DNA of 64,000 nt from Marsupella aquatica (Eukaryota; Plantae; Marchantiophyta), in NCBI GenBank assembly GCA_973895155.1, contig OZ316899.1:10381135-10445134 (forward strand), written 5' to 3'. Below are positions 47,987 to 58,500 of this stretch, piece by piece. The notes below the pieces were generated by a model. It was given only the letters and a program-made list of their open reading frames with translations. It ran no database searches and was not told the DNA's origin. Every line of letters begins with the position of its first letter. Position 1 is the stretch's first letter. The position numbers and the translations under genes were made by a program.

Positions 47987-48127
47987 TGTATGTTGTGTGG
48001 ATCTGCTCAGGGAGCAGCTACTATGTTGATTTGTGATCAGTGTTCTAGAGGATGGCACATGTCATGTTTGACACCACCATTGCAGGTGATTCCTAGTGGA
48101 TCATGGTTGTGTCCTCAGTGTCGGTGA
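47987..48127 (+). CDS. PHD finger at the integrase C-terminus
   Basis: C4HC3 pattern CMLC...LICDQCSRGWHMSCLTPPL...WLCPQC. Confidence 0.93.
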   Translation, partial: CMLCGSAQGAATMLICDQCSRGWHMSCLTPPLQVIPSGSWLCPQCR

Positions 48128-48300
48128 AGCCGACTAGTTATCATTTGTGTTCTCTTGGCAGATATGGATTGCAGGTAGGTGATCGATGGGGCTCACTTGC
48201 ACCCGGCCTCCTGATCTTCACACCTAAAAAGGTGTATATCAACCTTGTAGAACTCATGGCTAGCTAGAGTTAAGGGACCTTACTCCCAGCTAGGGGGGCG

Positions 48301-48905
48301 ATTGTGGGTTTTGGACATGTGTGGACATGAGTTCCACTTGTATTCCATTCTCTTGTGTTTGTGATGTGGCAGTGTGACTATGTCTGGATGTATGTGACAA
48401 GCGATGTATGTTGTGTAGCGATGTGTATGCGCACGACAGCTGTCACACCATTCTAGGTAGTGTTAGAGTGTATCGTACTATCTAGATCCGTATGTTTGGT
48501 ATGTGTGCTATATGAGCCGATAAGGTTCCGTCAGGTTTGTGTGAGAGGGTACTTCTCACTTGTGAGGCATTGAAAGGTCATCTTTCAATGTTGAGCCTTG
48601 GAGAGAGAGGAGCTTGAGTGGCTATGGTGGCTGTGAGCTCCGCTTGTGTAACGTGGATTCCTTGAGTAGTGCAAGGTGCGTTGGCTTGACATACGTGTGT
48701 GATCGGATCGGTGCAGGATCGATGGGGTATTGTTGACCGGGATCGTTGTGCCGATTGTATTGAGATTATTGTGGGTTTTGGACATGTGTGGACATGAGTT
48801 CCACTTGTATTCCATTCTCTTGTGTTTGTGATGTGGCAGTGTGACTATGTCTGGATGTATGTGACAAGCGATGTATGTTGTGTAGCGATGTGTATGCGCA
48901 CGACA
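48301..48905 (+). repeat. 3' repeat block B1-GC-A2-B2 of element D
   Basis: B (138 bp) occurs twice, identical by eye, flanking A2; PPT-like TAGGGGGGCG at 48291-48300. Confidence 0.95.
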
Positions 48906-48993
48906 ATTCGCAAATTATGCCAAGCATCGCCCATCGGAAATACAAGAGCGTCAACAAAAATATCTTTGCAAAAGTGTTAAATATGTTGTAGTG

Positions 48994-49875
48994 CTTCCTT
49001 GGGAGACTGAACGCGGCTTGGCTGCTATTCGACGGGATTTGGCAAGCGGGCAAGTTAACACCTGCAAACCTCGAGAATCCATGGTGCCCCCAGACCCATC
49101 TGAGCTCAAGAGGACGTAGCCCTCCTTGAGATCTTTCCAATGCACCCAAGAAGTCCTCCAACGGACTTCCCGTTGGGAAGATATGGTCGTTTTTGTTTGG
49201 CGCTTTTCTTCAGTGTCGCGACCGCCACGGCTCACGACTTCGGCTCGCCCTTGGCCCCCAGGGAGACACCACTCCCCTCATATATGCTTCTGGAGACCTG
49301 CCACCCCCGGACAAACTTTGGTCCCTAAACATTTGGCCTCCAACCCGGATCCTATCGCGCATACTGCGCGCGCCACCAACTGGCAATGTCCATAACTTTC
49401 TCGATAGGCGTCCACAAGCGGAGTGCCTTAGCCCGTTGTGATCAGGCCAACCCAGTGTTTATGCTTAGGCCCTCAGGTCTCATCGCCGCTCAGGGTCCCC
49501 GATTGGTCAAACCCGGATCGAGCCGTAACTCACACCCCAAGCGTTCGTTGCCCATGGCGTCAACTCGATTGGCCTTGGGCCCAAGAGGAGCCCACACTCA
49601 AGCCCTCAGAACTCAAAGTCCGTCCAAATTCCCTGATGGTCGACCTTAAGTTTGGCCCCTTTTCCCTTGACTCGACCAGCTCTCATCTAGCCTAAGTCCT
49701 TAGTGTGTGTCACCAGCTTGACTTCTTGCCTTTGCTAGTGCCACGTGTATTGCCCACAAGTCTCCCCATGCTAAGTCCTCCCCGGATGGCCTATCCGGGC
49801 CTGGACCATAAGGAAGCTCGGCGTCAAAATCAACAACGCCGGAGCTAAGTGTTAAGGTAGTCAAGTTCCGTGACT
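48994..49875 (-). repeat. 5' portion of an A-family LTR, inverted
   Basis: Reverse complement matches 22189-~23018; cut by the CACTA end and inserted in D2 gag. Confidence 0.9.
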
Positions 49876-52800
49876 GTGTAGATGCAACCTTTGGTGCTCC
49901 TTGGCAAATCCAGAAGTCACAACTTTCTCATTCACCATATTGAGCACAATTATGCGCTCAAAAAGTGTAAAAACAATTGCCAATGTGGGATCTGCATCCC
50001 TAAGACAGTAGAGTGACACCTCTTACTCAGCGTCACAATTCTCTGTCCAAAATTTTATACCAAAATTGGATTGCCTGGGCCTTTGTCACTCCCTTGGTGA
50101 CAATGATCAATCTTCACACATGGGTGTATGCCTCACGTAGACTCTCTTCAGTCACGTTGAAAATCTGGGAAACCCTTCAACTGATTAGTCCACACACCTT
50201 GATAGTTTTGCTTCAATACTTCAAAGAACTCCACCACAAGATTAAATGTTGGCGCAACTCTCGGCCCTACCATAATTGCATCGGTAGGAGTAGCGTTGGA
50301 TGCTAGTGGAGTGCTACTAGTGGATGGTGTGCCACTCTAATTAGTGCTGCTAGAAGAAGCAGCAGTTGTGGCAATGGGTTGGGCAACTGCAATAGTGCCA
50401 TAGATGATGGACACATAATTAGGCGACCAATGTTGTCTTCATGCCTCAATCTCAACCAATTAAGATTTTCAAAACTCATGGTAGTCATCCATGAATGGCC
50501 CCTCCAAATGCTGAAACAATCCCTTCCATGCCATGAAAGATGTGAACAATGTGGCATTATGCAATGTCTGCATATTGCACCACGTATCAAACTCCTGGAT
50601 AAAATTATCCAAATCAATTGTGCCAACTGCACCAGAGTATCTTCTTGGGCCTTTTGTAGCCCCATACATCTCTTCCATGTCCTACAACAAAGGTGCAATC
50701 ACTCAGGGGGTTGACTATAAAAAATTTAGAAACCATGTGCAATCCAAAATAGGTATTTTTCATAGAAATTAGCTAAATTTTTAAAAAGCATAGAAAGCAA
50801 AAGAAGGTATTAGAAACCCATATTTGTAGAATATTCTCTAATATATACATTTTAAAAAGTAAAATAGGTCATTAATATCGAAACTAGAGAATATTTTTAG
50901 AATATTCCCGTTATAAAATAGGTGTGTTTATATTAGGCTAGGATCGCACGTGGTACACCAAAATATACACGAAGTTAATCCCCCGAGTGCAATCACTCAA
51001 TGACAAGGAGAACTAGTTACAGAGTCCTCGTCAAAATCACTGTTTGAAGCTATGTTGTTGATTGCTACCAATGTTGTTGGCCAAAATTGCACCCCACTTT
51101 GAGTGAAACCGGTCCGTCATCCATTGGGTAGCCCCGCAGTACCAAAAGAATCTGTGATGACCAATCACAAAATTATAGCCATCAATCTAATCGATGTGCT
51201 AACCCTAATTGGGCAATTTGTCCTTGCTAGCACCACAAGCACTCACCATGGTGTGTTGGGCATCACTCCAACATCACCATGAGAGAAATATATAGCACAT
51301 CTAGAGTGTCTGGTTGCAAACCCAAATCAATCCTATGGAATCAAGCGCCCACACAAAACTAACATGGCCCATAGACAAGAAGCATGTGTGGAGAGAATCC
51401 AACAACAAGAATGGATAAACAACAACTCTCCACACCAAGAGTGATCACAAATCGATCAAACAATGTTCATAATGTTCAATGTAGGACCTTCATAATAGGC
51501 CTCACGGATCCAATGTCAATTATCCAAGAATCCACCGCAAATGAGTTCAAATTGAGTATTTAAATGGATTTAGAAGTGCATAAAACCCCGAGGGCCTCAT
51601 TTCTTGGACACCAAGCGTGGAAGGAAACATGTACAATATATGCACCACATAAGAACTAGCTACTTCAGTGCATGAGCAAAATAATAGCTTTGGGATAGGT
51701 GACCTCTCACTTGTCATTATGTACCAAATCTGACACACAAAACTGTCAACACTTGCAAATTCTCCTCATGTACCTAGCAAGTTGGCTTGTTGGCCCGCTC
51801 GACCCTGCTCCACCCTCACGCCCCTCATCCCAAATTGCCTCAAAGCCTTGAAACGCCTAGATGAGCCAAAGAGCAACGCTTTGCTACGCCAGGTTTGGCA
51901 ACATTGGCCCTCGTTTCCTTCACGGAAATTGCAAATTGGCGTTCGACAACATTCAAACTTTGGGTTTGGCAGTAGTATCACGATTCGGCAACTTTGGCCC
52001 TTGTTTCCTTCACAAAAATTGCAGATCGGCTTTGGCCCCTTCACAAAACTTTGGGTGTGGCAGCAGCAACCAATTAAGCAACTTTGACCCTCATTTCCTT
52101 CATGGAAATGACAGTACGGCAACACGCAGCCAATTCCTTGTCAAAACAACAACATTCCGGTTTTGTTTCCTTCAAAAAATAGTTGCTGCTTCACCTATGC
52201 CTGACCAATGCCTCCCCGCAATCATGGCAGTAGTCGGCCATTGGATCTAAAGTCTCATAGATCAACTTCCATTGTCCGCCATCTATTCAATGATTTGTAA
52301 ACATTTGTGAAGTGCTTTTCTTCCTGAAAAAACAACATTCAAAGTCAGCTACTCATTCAACAACAACATCATGTGCCCATGATCACCGACATCTTCATAG
52401 CACATCAAGTACCAGCAATTCCAACCAATCAACAATGCAAGCTACTATGAACCCCAACAAAACAATCACCCGACACCAACAAGCAATTTGAGCTACCATG
52501 AATCGTTGAAAACTCAATCGATTGAACTTAATTATGTCGGTACAGTCCGCACGACATAATTCTTTCCCCTCACTTCTTTGAGGTAATCTCAATAGAATCA
52601 AACCATGATCAATGCCAATCAAACATCTGATCCCGTCCAAAATGATCACATACAGATATTGAGCCAAGCGCACCTCACACTTCAAGGAATCCTTGTTACG
52701 TACGCACGAAACTGGCCAGCCACACCATAGCCGCCAAAGCTCATGCTCAAAGGCTCAACATCAAAGAAGTGAGGCCTTTGAGCGACAACAAAGGGATAAC

Positions 52801-52908
52801 TATCCCTAAAAATGTGAACTAAACCCTATCGGCTCATATAGCACACATACAAAACATATAAACCTAGAAAACATGATATACTCTAATGCTACCTAGAATG
52901 GTGTGACA
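49876..52908 (-). mobile_element. D2: older, decayed 5' part of a second D-family element
   Basis: Reverse complement starts TGTCACACCATTCTAGGTAG like 39256; contains a diverged 5' UTR and gag (MEEMYGATKGPRRYSGAVGTIDLD). Confidence 0.92.
50702..50987. mobile_element. MITE with 8-bp TSD (hAT-like)
   Basis: TIRs CTCAGGGGGTTGACT...AGTTAATCCCCCGAG; TSD TGCAATCA; absent from the homologous position in D. Confidence 0.85.
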
Positions 52909-52916
52909 TTCCAAAA

Positions 52917-53268
52917 GGGTATGGCACGCGTGACAGTAAACAGGAAACAGGTTTATTGGTACCAGCAAAAAATTTCCTGTTACCAGCAAAAAGTTACTGT
53001 TACCAAGAAAAATAACCATGTCAAAATATTTTCTAAAAAGTCACATTTTCCAAAAAATAATTAAATTACACATTTTTTGGCTAGCTTTGGGCGCTAGCAT
53101 TACCAGCGTCGAGCGCTAGCAACAAAAATTAAATTTTTTGAAAAAAACCACTTTTTTTCTCAAAAAAAAAAGGTAAAAAAAATGTAAAAAAAATTATCAC
53201 CCATTTTCCTGTTACAAGTTTCTGTTTTCTGTTACTGTTTGTTGTTTCCTATCGTTTGTAAATACCCC
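52917..53268. mobile_element. MITE (GGGTAT...ATACCCC), copy 2
   Basis: Homologous to 34503-34823; flanking repeat TTCCAAAA at 52909-52916 and 53269-53276. Confidence 0.82.
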
Positions 53269-54010
53269 TTCCAAAACTTGGATTGTATTTGCCAATAGAG
53301 TTTAGTGGCAGGGATGTTATTAGATCTATGTGTTGCCCTTAGCCTAGGGAAGGTCTCCTCGTAGAAATGACATTCTACAAATCTTGCTTTAAAGACATCT
53401 GCTGTGGTTGGTTCCAAGTATCTGATGATAGAGTTGGAATGAAAGCCAATGTAGATGCCACTCTACCTTGGGGTCCCATCTTGGTTTGCTTGGGGCCCAT
53501 CATTGGCAGCAACACTTGGCAGCCAAACGTCCTCAGGTGGGATATGGTCGGGGGGTTCCCAAATGCGAGGTGGTGAGGTGAGTTGGAGTTAAAGGCTTAT
53601 GGTCAGTAGTTGATCAGTGTGGTTGCATGGAGTATGGCGTGGCCTCATGCAGAGGTGGGAAGGTTTGCCTACATCAATAGGGGCCAGACTATGATTTGTA
53701 GCCCCTTTTGATGAGGGATTCAACAATCCCATTTTGGAAATGAACTTGAGCCACAGGGTATTGTATCTCTATTCCCACCGACGGATAAAAGTCTTTGAAA
53801 GTTTTAGATGTAAACTCTCTGGCATTGTCAACTCAAAGGATTCTAATTGGAAAGTTGGGCTTTCAACTTTAGTATGTGTGCGAGGATGCGGGGAAAATCC
53901 ATGTTGTGTGTGGATAAGAGTGAGACTTGTGACCATTTCAAAGATGCACAAATCATGGCAAGGAATAAACGGAAAGGGCCACTCTCAGGGTTAATTGGGT
54001 TGCATACATC
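53269..54010 (-). pseudogene. Decayed copia integrase fragment related to element E
   Basis: EPTTADVFKARFVECHFYEETFP and the TKMGPQ-type region parallel the E polyprotein. Confidence 0.8.
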
Positions 54011-54412
54011 AACATGAAGCCTTTCTAGGAAATTGGGTATCCTAGTTTCTATTGTGGGTGGTGATGGTCTTTGTCATCGGGGTGGAGCACAAGGAAGCAG
54101 CAAACCCAAGCCACGATTATGTATCCGAACCAGTCTTCTCCCTTGATGAGTGTTGTGTATGGTTTAAGAGGAGCAAACTAGACTTTAGAACTAGTTAACT
54201 ACCCTCTTTCAAGGGAACCCTTCTATAGCCCTAGGTTACAAGGTCTTACACAATTTAACACACTACCAATACTACTACCTACAACCCTTACACTACTACT
54301 ACCGCATGGAATCCCCTCGGAGATTCAAAGGACTTACCCACCACTGATAAAAAAGGGGCACCAAGGTACAGATTAATTTGCGAAAGGCATGGCTATGCAT
54401 AGTTCTTGTTAT

Positions 54413-54812
54413 TGTGACGTCGCCGGTATGGTGGCTAATAAATGATTCGGCCTAACCACGCTTAGCATGCGCAGTAGAGGTATCTTAGGCCGTAATTATT
54501 AGCATAACGACAGTATTTAGGTAGCCATTATGAGTAGGAAATCATTAGTCAATAAGGGGCATTCGTGTTCGGGCTGGCGGCGGGTCGTCATTCGCACGCC
54601 CGGGTTGCGAGTGTGTAATGGGCCCTCCCCTTTCCCCCTCGGGTCCGTATAACAAACTTTGGGAGGCGGCCACTGACACGCGCTGACCCGGACTGGCGGA
54701 GTGGCCGGTACACTGCAAGCGTGAAAGGCTCGGCCTATAAGCGATGAGGAGGCGACGGGCGATTGTCGAGCTCTCAGGGTATAAAAGGGGGCCGATCCTT
54801 TGCAGTGCACCA
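54413..54812 (+). repeat. Probable 5' fragment of a C-family LTR
   Basis: ~54623-54812 matches ~24334-24522, including the TATA box. Starts TGTGACGTCGCC, an imperfect inverted match to the C end at 31346. Confidence 0.6.
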
Positions 54813-54849
54813 ATCAGCCTATTCATTAAAAGTGTATTATTATTTGATT

Positions 54850-55081
54850 TATGTACATTTGGGCAATGAAAAGTACTTTTGGGCTTGAAAAAGTGTACAT
54901 TTAGCCAATGAAAAGTGTACATTTGGGGATAGAAAAGAGTACAATTGGCCTAAAGAGTGTACATTTGGGCAATGAAAAGTGTATATTTGAACATCAAAAT
55001 AGGTACATTTGGCTTTAAAAGTGTACATTTGAGTACATTTGGCCTAGAAAGTGTACATTTGAGTGAAAAAAACATACATTT
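54850..55081. repeat. Degenerate ~20-bp tandem array (AAAAGTGTACATTTGG core), continuing at 60769-60862
   Basis: Repeated core visible on both sides of element E. Confidence 0.85.
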
Positions 55082-55599
55082 TATTCAGAGACAAGAAGAT
55101 GAATAAGAACATACACCAACAACTGGAGGTTCCCTCCAACTTCCATTACCTTATAGTCCCTAAGGACTCGATCTATTACATGCGGTTAGGTTGTTACTAA
55201 CAACCTAAGCTTCGGTTAGTTAGGACTAACTAACTCTACTAACATGACTCGGGTTAGTGTTAACTTCATATTACAACACTCCCCCTTGGTTACTTGAATA
55301 GCATAATAAAGTAACCATATTGAGAGTAATACTAACCCTAGGTGGATTATTTTGGTACCCATAAGGAGAGTGTGGTCTCATCAAAACCCCCCTTCTTTCT
55401 TCTGGGGGAAAGAGTACCACCACTCTGTACATGGCATGGGTCCATATTGAAATGTAGACGTATAGTAGAAATGTGATTCGATGTATGCATTCTTGATAGG
55501 CGAAGGTGAACATGTTAATGCATCGTAAGTGGTAATGGTTGCGGTGTCGTCTATAATCGTGTAGAAAATGGAGTTTAGGGTTTAATCGGATCGTAATGG

Positions 55600-58500
55600 T
55601 CATATCTGCTCTGTGTGCAGTGTGGATAGGCTTCTCATGCCGATGCCGTATGAATGTTCCTTATGCAAAAGCGGTGGTAATGGTTTTGTGAATAAGTCTG
55701 CTCGGTTGTCTCGGCTGGGTATCCATTCGACCTGAATTTGATCACCGTGCTGTTCATGTGTATAGAAGAATTTCGGAGAGATGTGTTTAATTCTGTCACC
55801 TTTTATGAAGCCATGAGCGATTTGGTCAACACAGGGGCGGTTGTCCTCGTAAATAGTAGTAGGCGCTTTAGATTGTTGGCGACCAGTGTGCTTGTGGATG
55901 TGATGGAGCATGCTTCGTAACCATACACATTCTCGGCAGGCTTCATACAAAGCTATGATTTCCGCATGATTAGAAGAGGTTGTGGTGAGTGTTTGCTTGG
56001 AGCTGCGCCACGAAATGGCGGTGCCACCTTGAAGAAAAACGTACCCTGTTTGTGATTTGGCATCTCCAGGGTCAGAGAGGTAGCCCGCATCTGCAAATCC
56101 AATCAATTTGTCTTCAGCATCTTTCGGAAAAAATAGACCAACGTCGACTGTGCCCTTCAGGTATCGAAAAATCCTCTTCAGCCCATTCCAATGGCGGATT
56201 GTTGGCTGAGAACTATGTCTGGCCAAGAGATTTACAGCAAAAGAGATGTCGGGACGAGTCTGATTAGCCAAATACATAAGGGCGCCAATGGCAGAGAGGT
56301 AGGGTTTGTCGGATCCAAGAAGAGGTTCTGTTTCGCCGCGCCTTCTGAACATATCTTTGTTAGTGTCTAAGGAGCGAAGCTCCATTGGTGTGCTGACAGG
56401 GTGGGCTGTTTGCATATTGAACTGTCGTAAAATCTTCTCGGTGTAGGTAGATTGACTAATCAGAATACCATTGTGCAGGTAGTCGAACTGAATGCCGAGG
56501 CAGAAGTTAGGTGGACCAAGGTCCCTCATTTCGAATGTGCCCTTCAGAATACGGAGTGTATGGGCTGTGAGTTGTGGTGTCCCGAATATATTCAGGTCAT
56601 CAACATAGATGGCTATTATGACGAATTCTTCTGCCTCAGATTTCAGGAATAGACAGGGCGCTAGCTCATCATTTATAAATCCCAAAGCTAACATTTCAGC
56701 TTGGAATCGTTTATACCACATCCGGCCACTTTGCTTTAGGCCATACATTGAACGCAAGATTTGTACGGCATATTCCATTTGAGGTCTCTTGCTGCGTGCT
56801 GGAGGCACTTGATGTGTATTATGTGGTGAGTATAGCCCACCAGAGTGGACAGTAGGTCCAGCATTTGTAATTTGCGCAATTAAGGGTTCAGTAGGAACCA
56901 TCTGGATCATGCCAGATCGTAGTGATTGGACTGATATGCCGGATTTCTCCCCCTGAATGTGGAAGGACAATCTATTGAGAAGCTCTGGAGGAGCTTTCAT
57001 GTAAATTTTGGTATCTAGCATGCCATACAGGTAAGCTGTTATTACATCCAGGATGTGCATGACTAGCTTATGTAGTAAAGCAAACGCTATCATGTAGCGG
57101 TATGTAATTGAGTCCATCACTGGAGAATGTGTCAGGTCATAGTCTTGACCTGGGATTTGGGTGTAGCCCTTCGCCACTAGTCTGGCCTTATATCTAACTA
57201 CTTCGCCCTTGGCATTTCTCTTGCGGACGAAGATGAATCTGTAGCCTGTTAGATGGCTGTGAGTAGGAGCTGAAGTGATCGGTCCGAAAACTTGGCGTTT
57301 GATCAGCGAATCAAGTTCAGAGTTAATAGCCGCTTCCCATTGGGGCCAGTCTGGGCGAGATTGACATTCTGTTACTGTTAATGGGTCTGGAGTATCATTA
57401 GTTATCTCTTTTGATATCATATATGCAAATGCATCATCTATGGTAGTGGTTTCTCGTTTCCAGATTTGGCCTGAATGCATATATTGGATGGCTATTTCGT
57501 CATTGTCATTAACTAAAGTTGGTTGAGGTCCAGGGGGTGCAGGTGTGGGACTTGGTATCGTAGGTACAATAGGTGTGGTCCGGCATTGTCTGGGTTGGCT
57601 ATCTTTCGAGCCGAGTGGTCTGCCCCTTTTTGCCCTGGGGAGGGCTTCGGTAGCTAGTCGAGTGGGTTGGATCCGTGCTGGTGCATTGGCAGCGGGTGTT
57701 AAGGATTGAGTGACATTTGCAGCATCATTAAAGGCGTCTGGGAGTTTCTCTAACATTTGTTGAAGGTGGAGGATTTTCTGTACTTCTGCTTCGGTTTGGA
57801 CTGTCCGTGGATCATGCTGGAAGGAGGGTTTTAACTGCCATTGTAAGTCCGGTGTATAGACTGGAGTCTGGTTCTCCATTAATTTGGGGAAATCATCTTC
57901 AATAAAATCACAATCAAGGAACCGAGCCTTGAATAGATCTGCTGTAGATGGTTCTAAATACCGAATAATTGATGGTGAGTCGAATCCTACATAAATCCCC
58001 TGTTGTCTCTGTGGACCCATCTTGGTGCGTTTGGGTCCCAAAATGGGGACCAGGACTTTGCACCCGAAGATGCGAAGGTGAGAGACATTAGGTGGGATTC
58101 CGAACAATAAATGGTGTGGGGTATACTGATTATAGGCAGATGGTCTGTATCGGATGAGGGAGGAGGCGTGAATAATGGCATGACCCCATGCTGATATAGG
58201 TAAATTGGTCTGTAGCAGTAAAGGTCTGGCTATCATCTGTAGTCGCTTGATTAAGGATTCAGCTATTCCATTCTGGAAGTGTACATGGGGTACAGGATAC
58301 TGAACATCAATCCCTGCAGTTTCGCAGTATGTGTCGAATGTCCGGGATGTGAACTCACCGGCATTATCGACTCGAAGGGTGCAGATTGGATGATCTGGAA
58401 ATTGTGATCTGAGTTTCAGTATGTTGGACAGTATCCGAGAAAATACAAGATTTCTGGTTGATAGCAAGGAGACTTGGGACCATTTGGAGGAAGCATCGAT

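Larger units (their letters stand above)
41006..48127 (+). pseudogene. Element D polyprotein gag-PR-DNMT-RT-RNase H-IN-PHD, one frame broken by nine nonsense codons
   Basis: ORFs at 41006, 42326, 43259, 45047 and 46898 share one frame. PR VLLDTGAQ, RT YIDDIL, RH TDWS/DADGLSR, IN SLDFAGP/TDQGTEF/LAER. Confidence 0.93.
39256..48905 (+). mobile_element. Element D: Ty3/gypsy-type retrotransposon with DNMT and PHD domains and split direct repeats
   Basis: TG...CA ends; 4-bp TSD ATTC (39252-39255 and 48906-48909); repeats A1 39256-39583, B1 48301-48438, A2 48441-48768, B2 48768-48905; one polyprotein frame. Confidence 0.92.
31347..48993 (+). mobile_element. CACTA/En-Spm transposon remnant (left part displaced by C; hosts a solo LTR, a MITE and element D)
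   Basis: TnpD-like transposase fragments; right terminus ...TGTTGTAGTG (reverse complement CACTAC) at 48993 abutting an A-family LTR. Confidence 0.85.

Noticed and set aside
47987-48127. PHD finger as an exon of a host chromatin gene
   Set aside because: It is continuous with integrase and is followed by the stop codon and PPT.
39256-48905. Element D as a DIRS/Ngaro tyrosine-recombinase element
   Set aside because: It encodes an aspartic protease and a DDE integrase and has a TSD; no tyrosine-recombinase ORF was seen.
54850-55081. CRISPR-like array
   Set aside because: Short degenerate tandem units without unique spacers, no cas genes, and a eukaryotic TE context.
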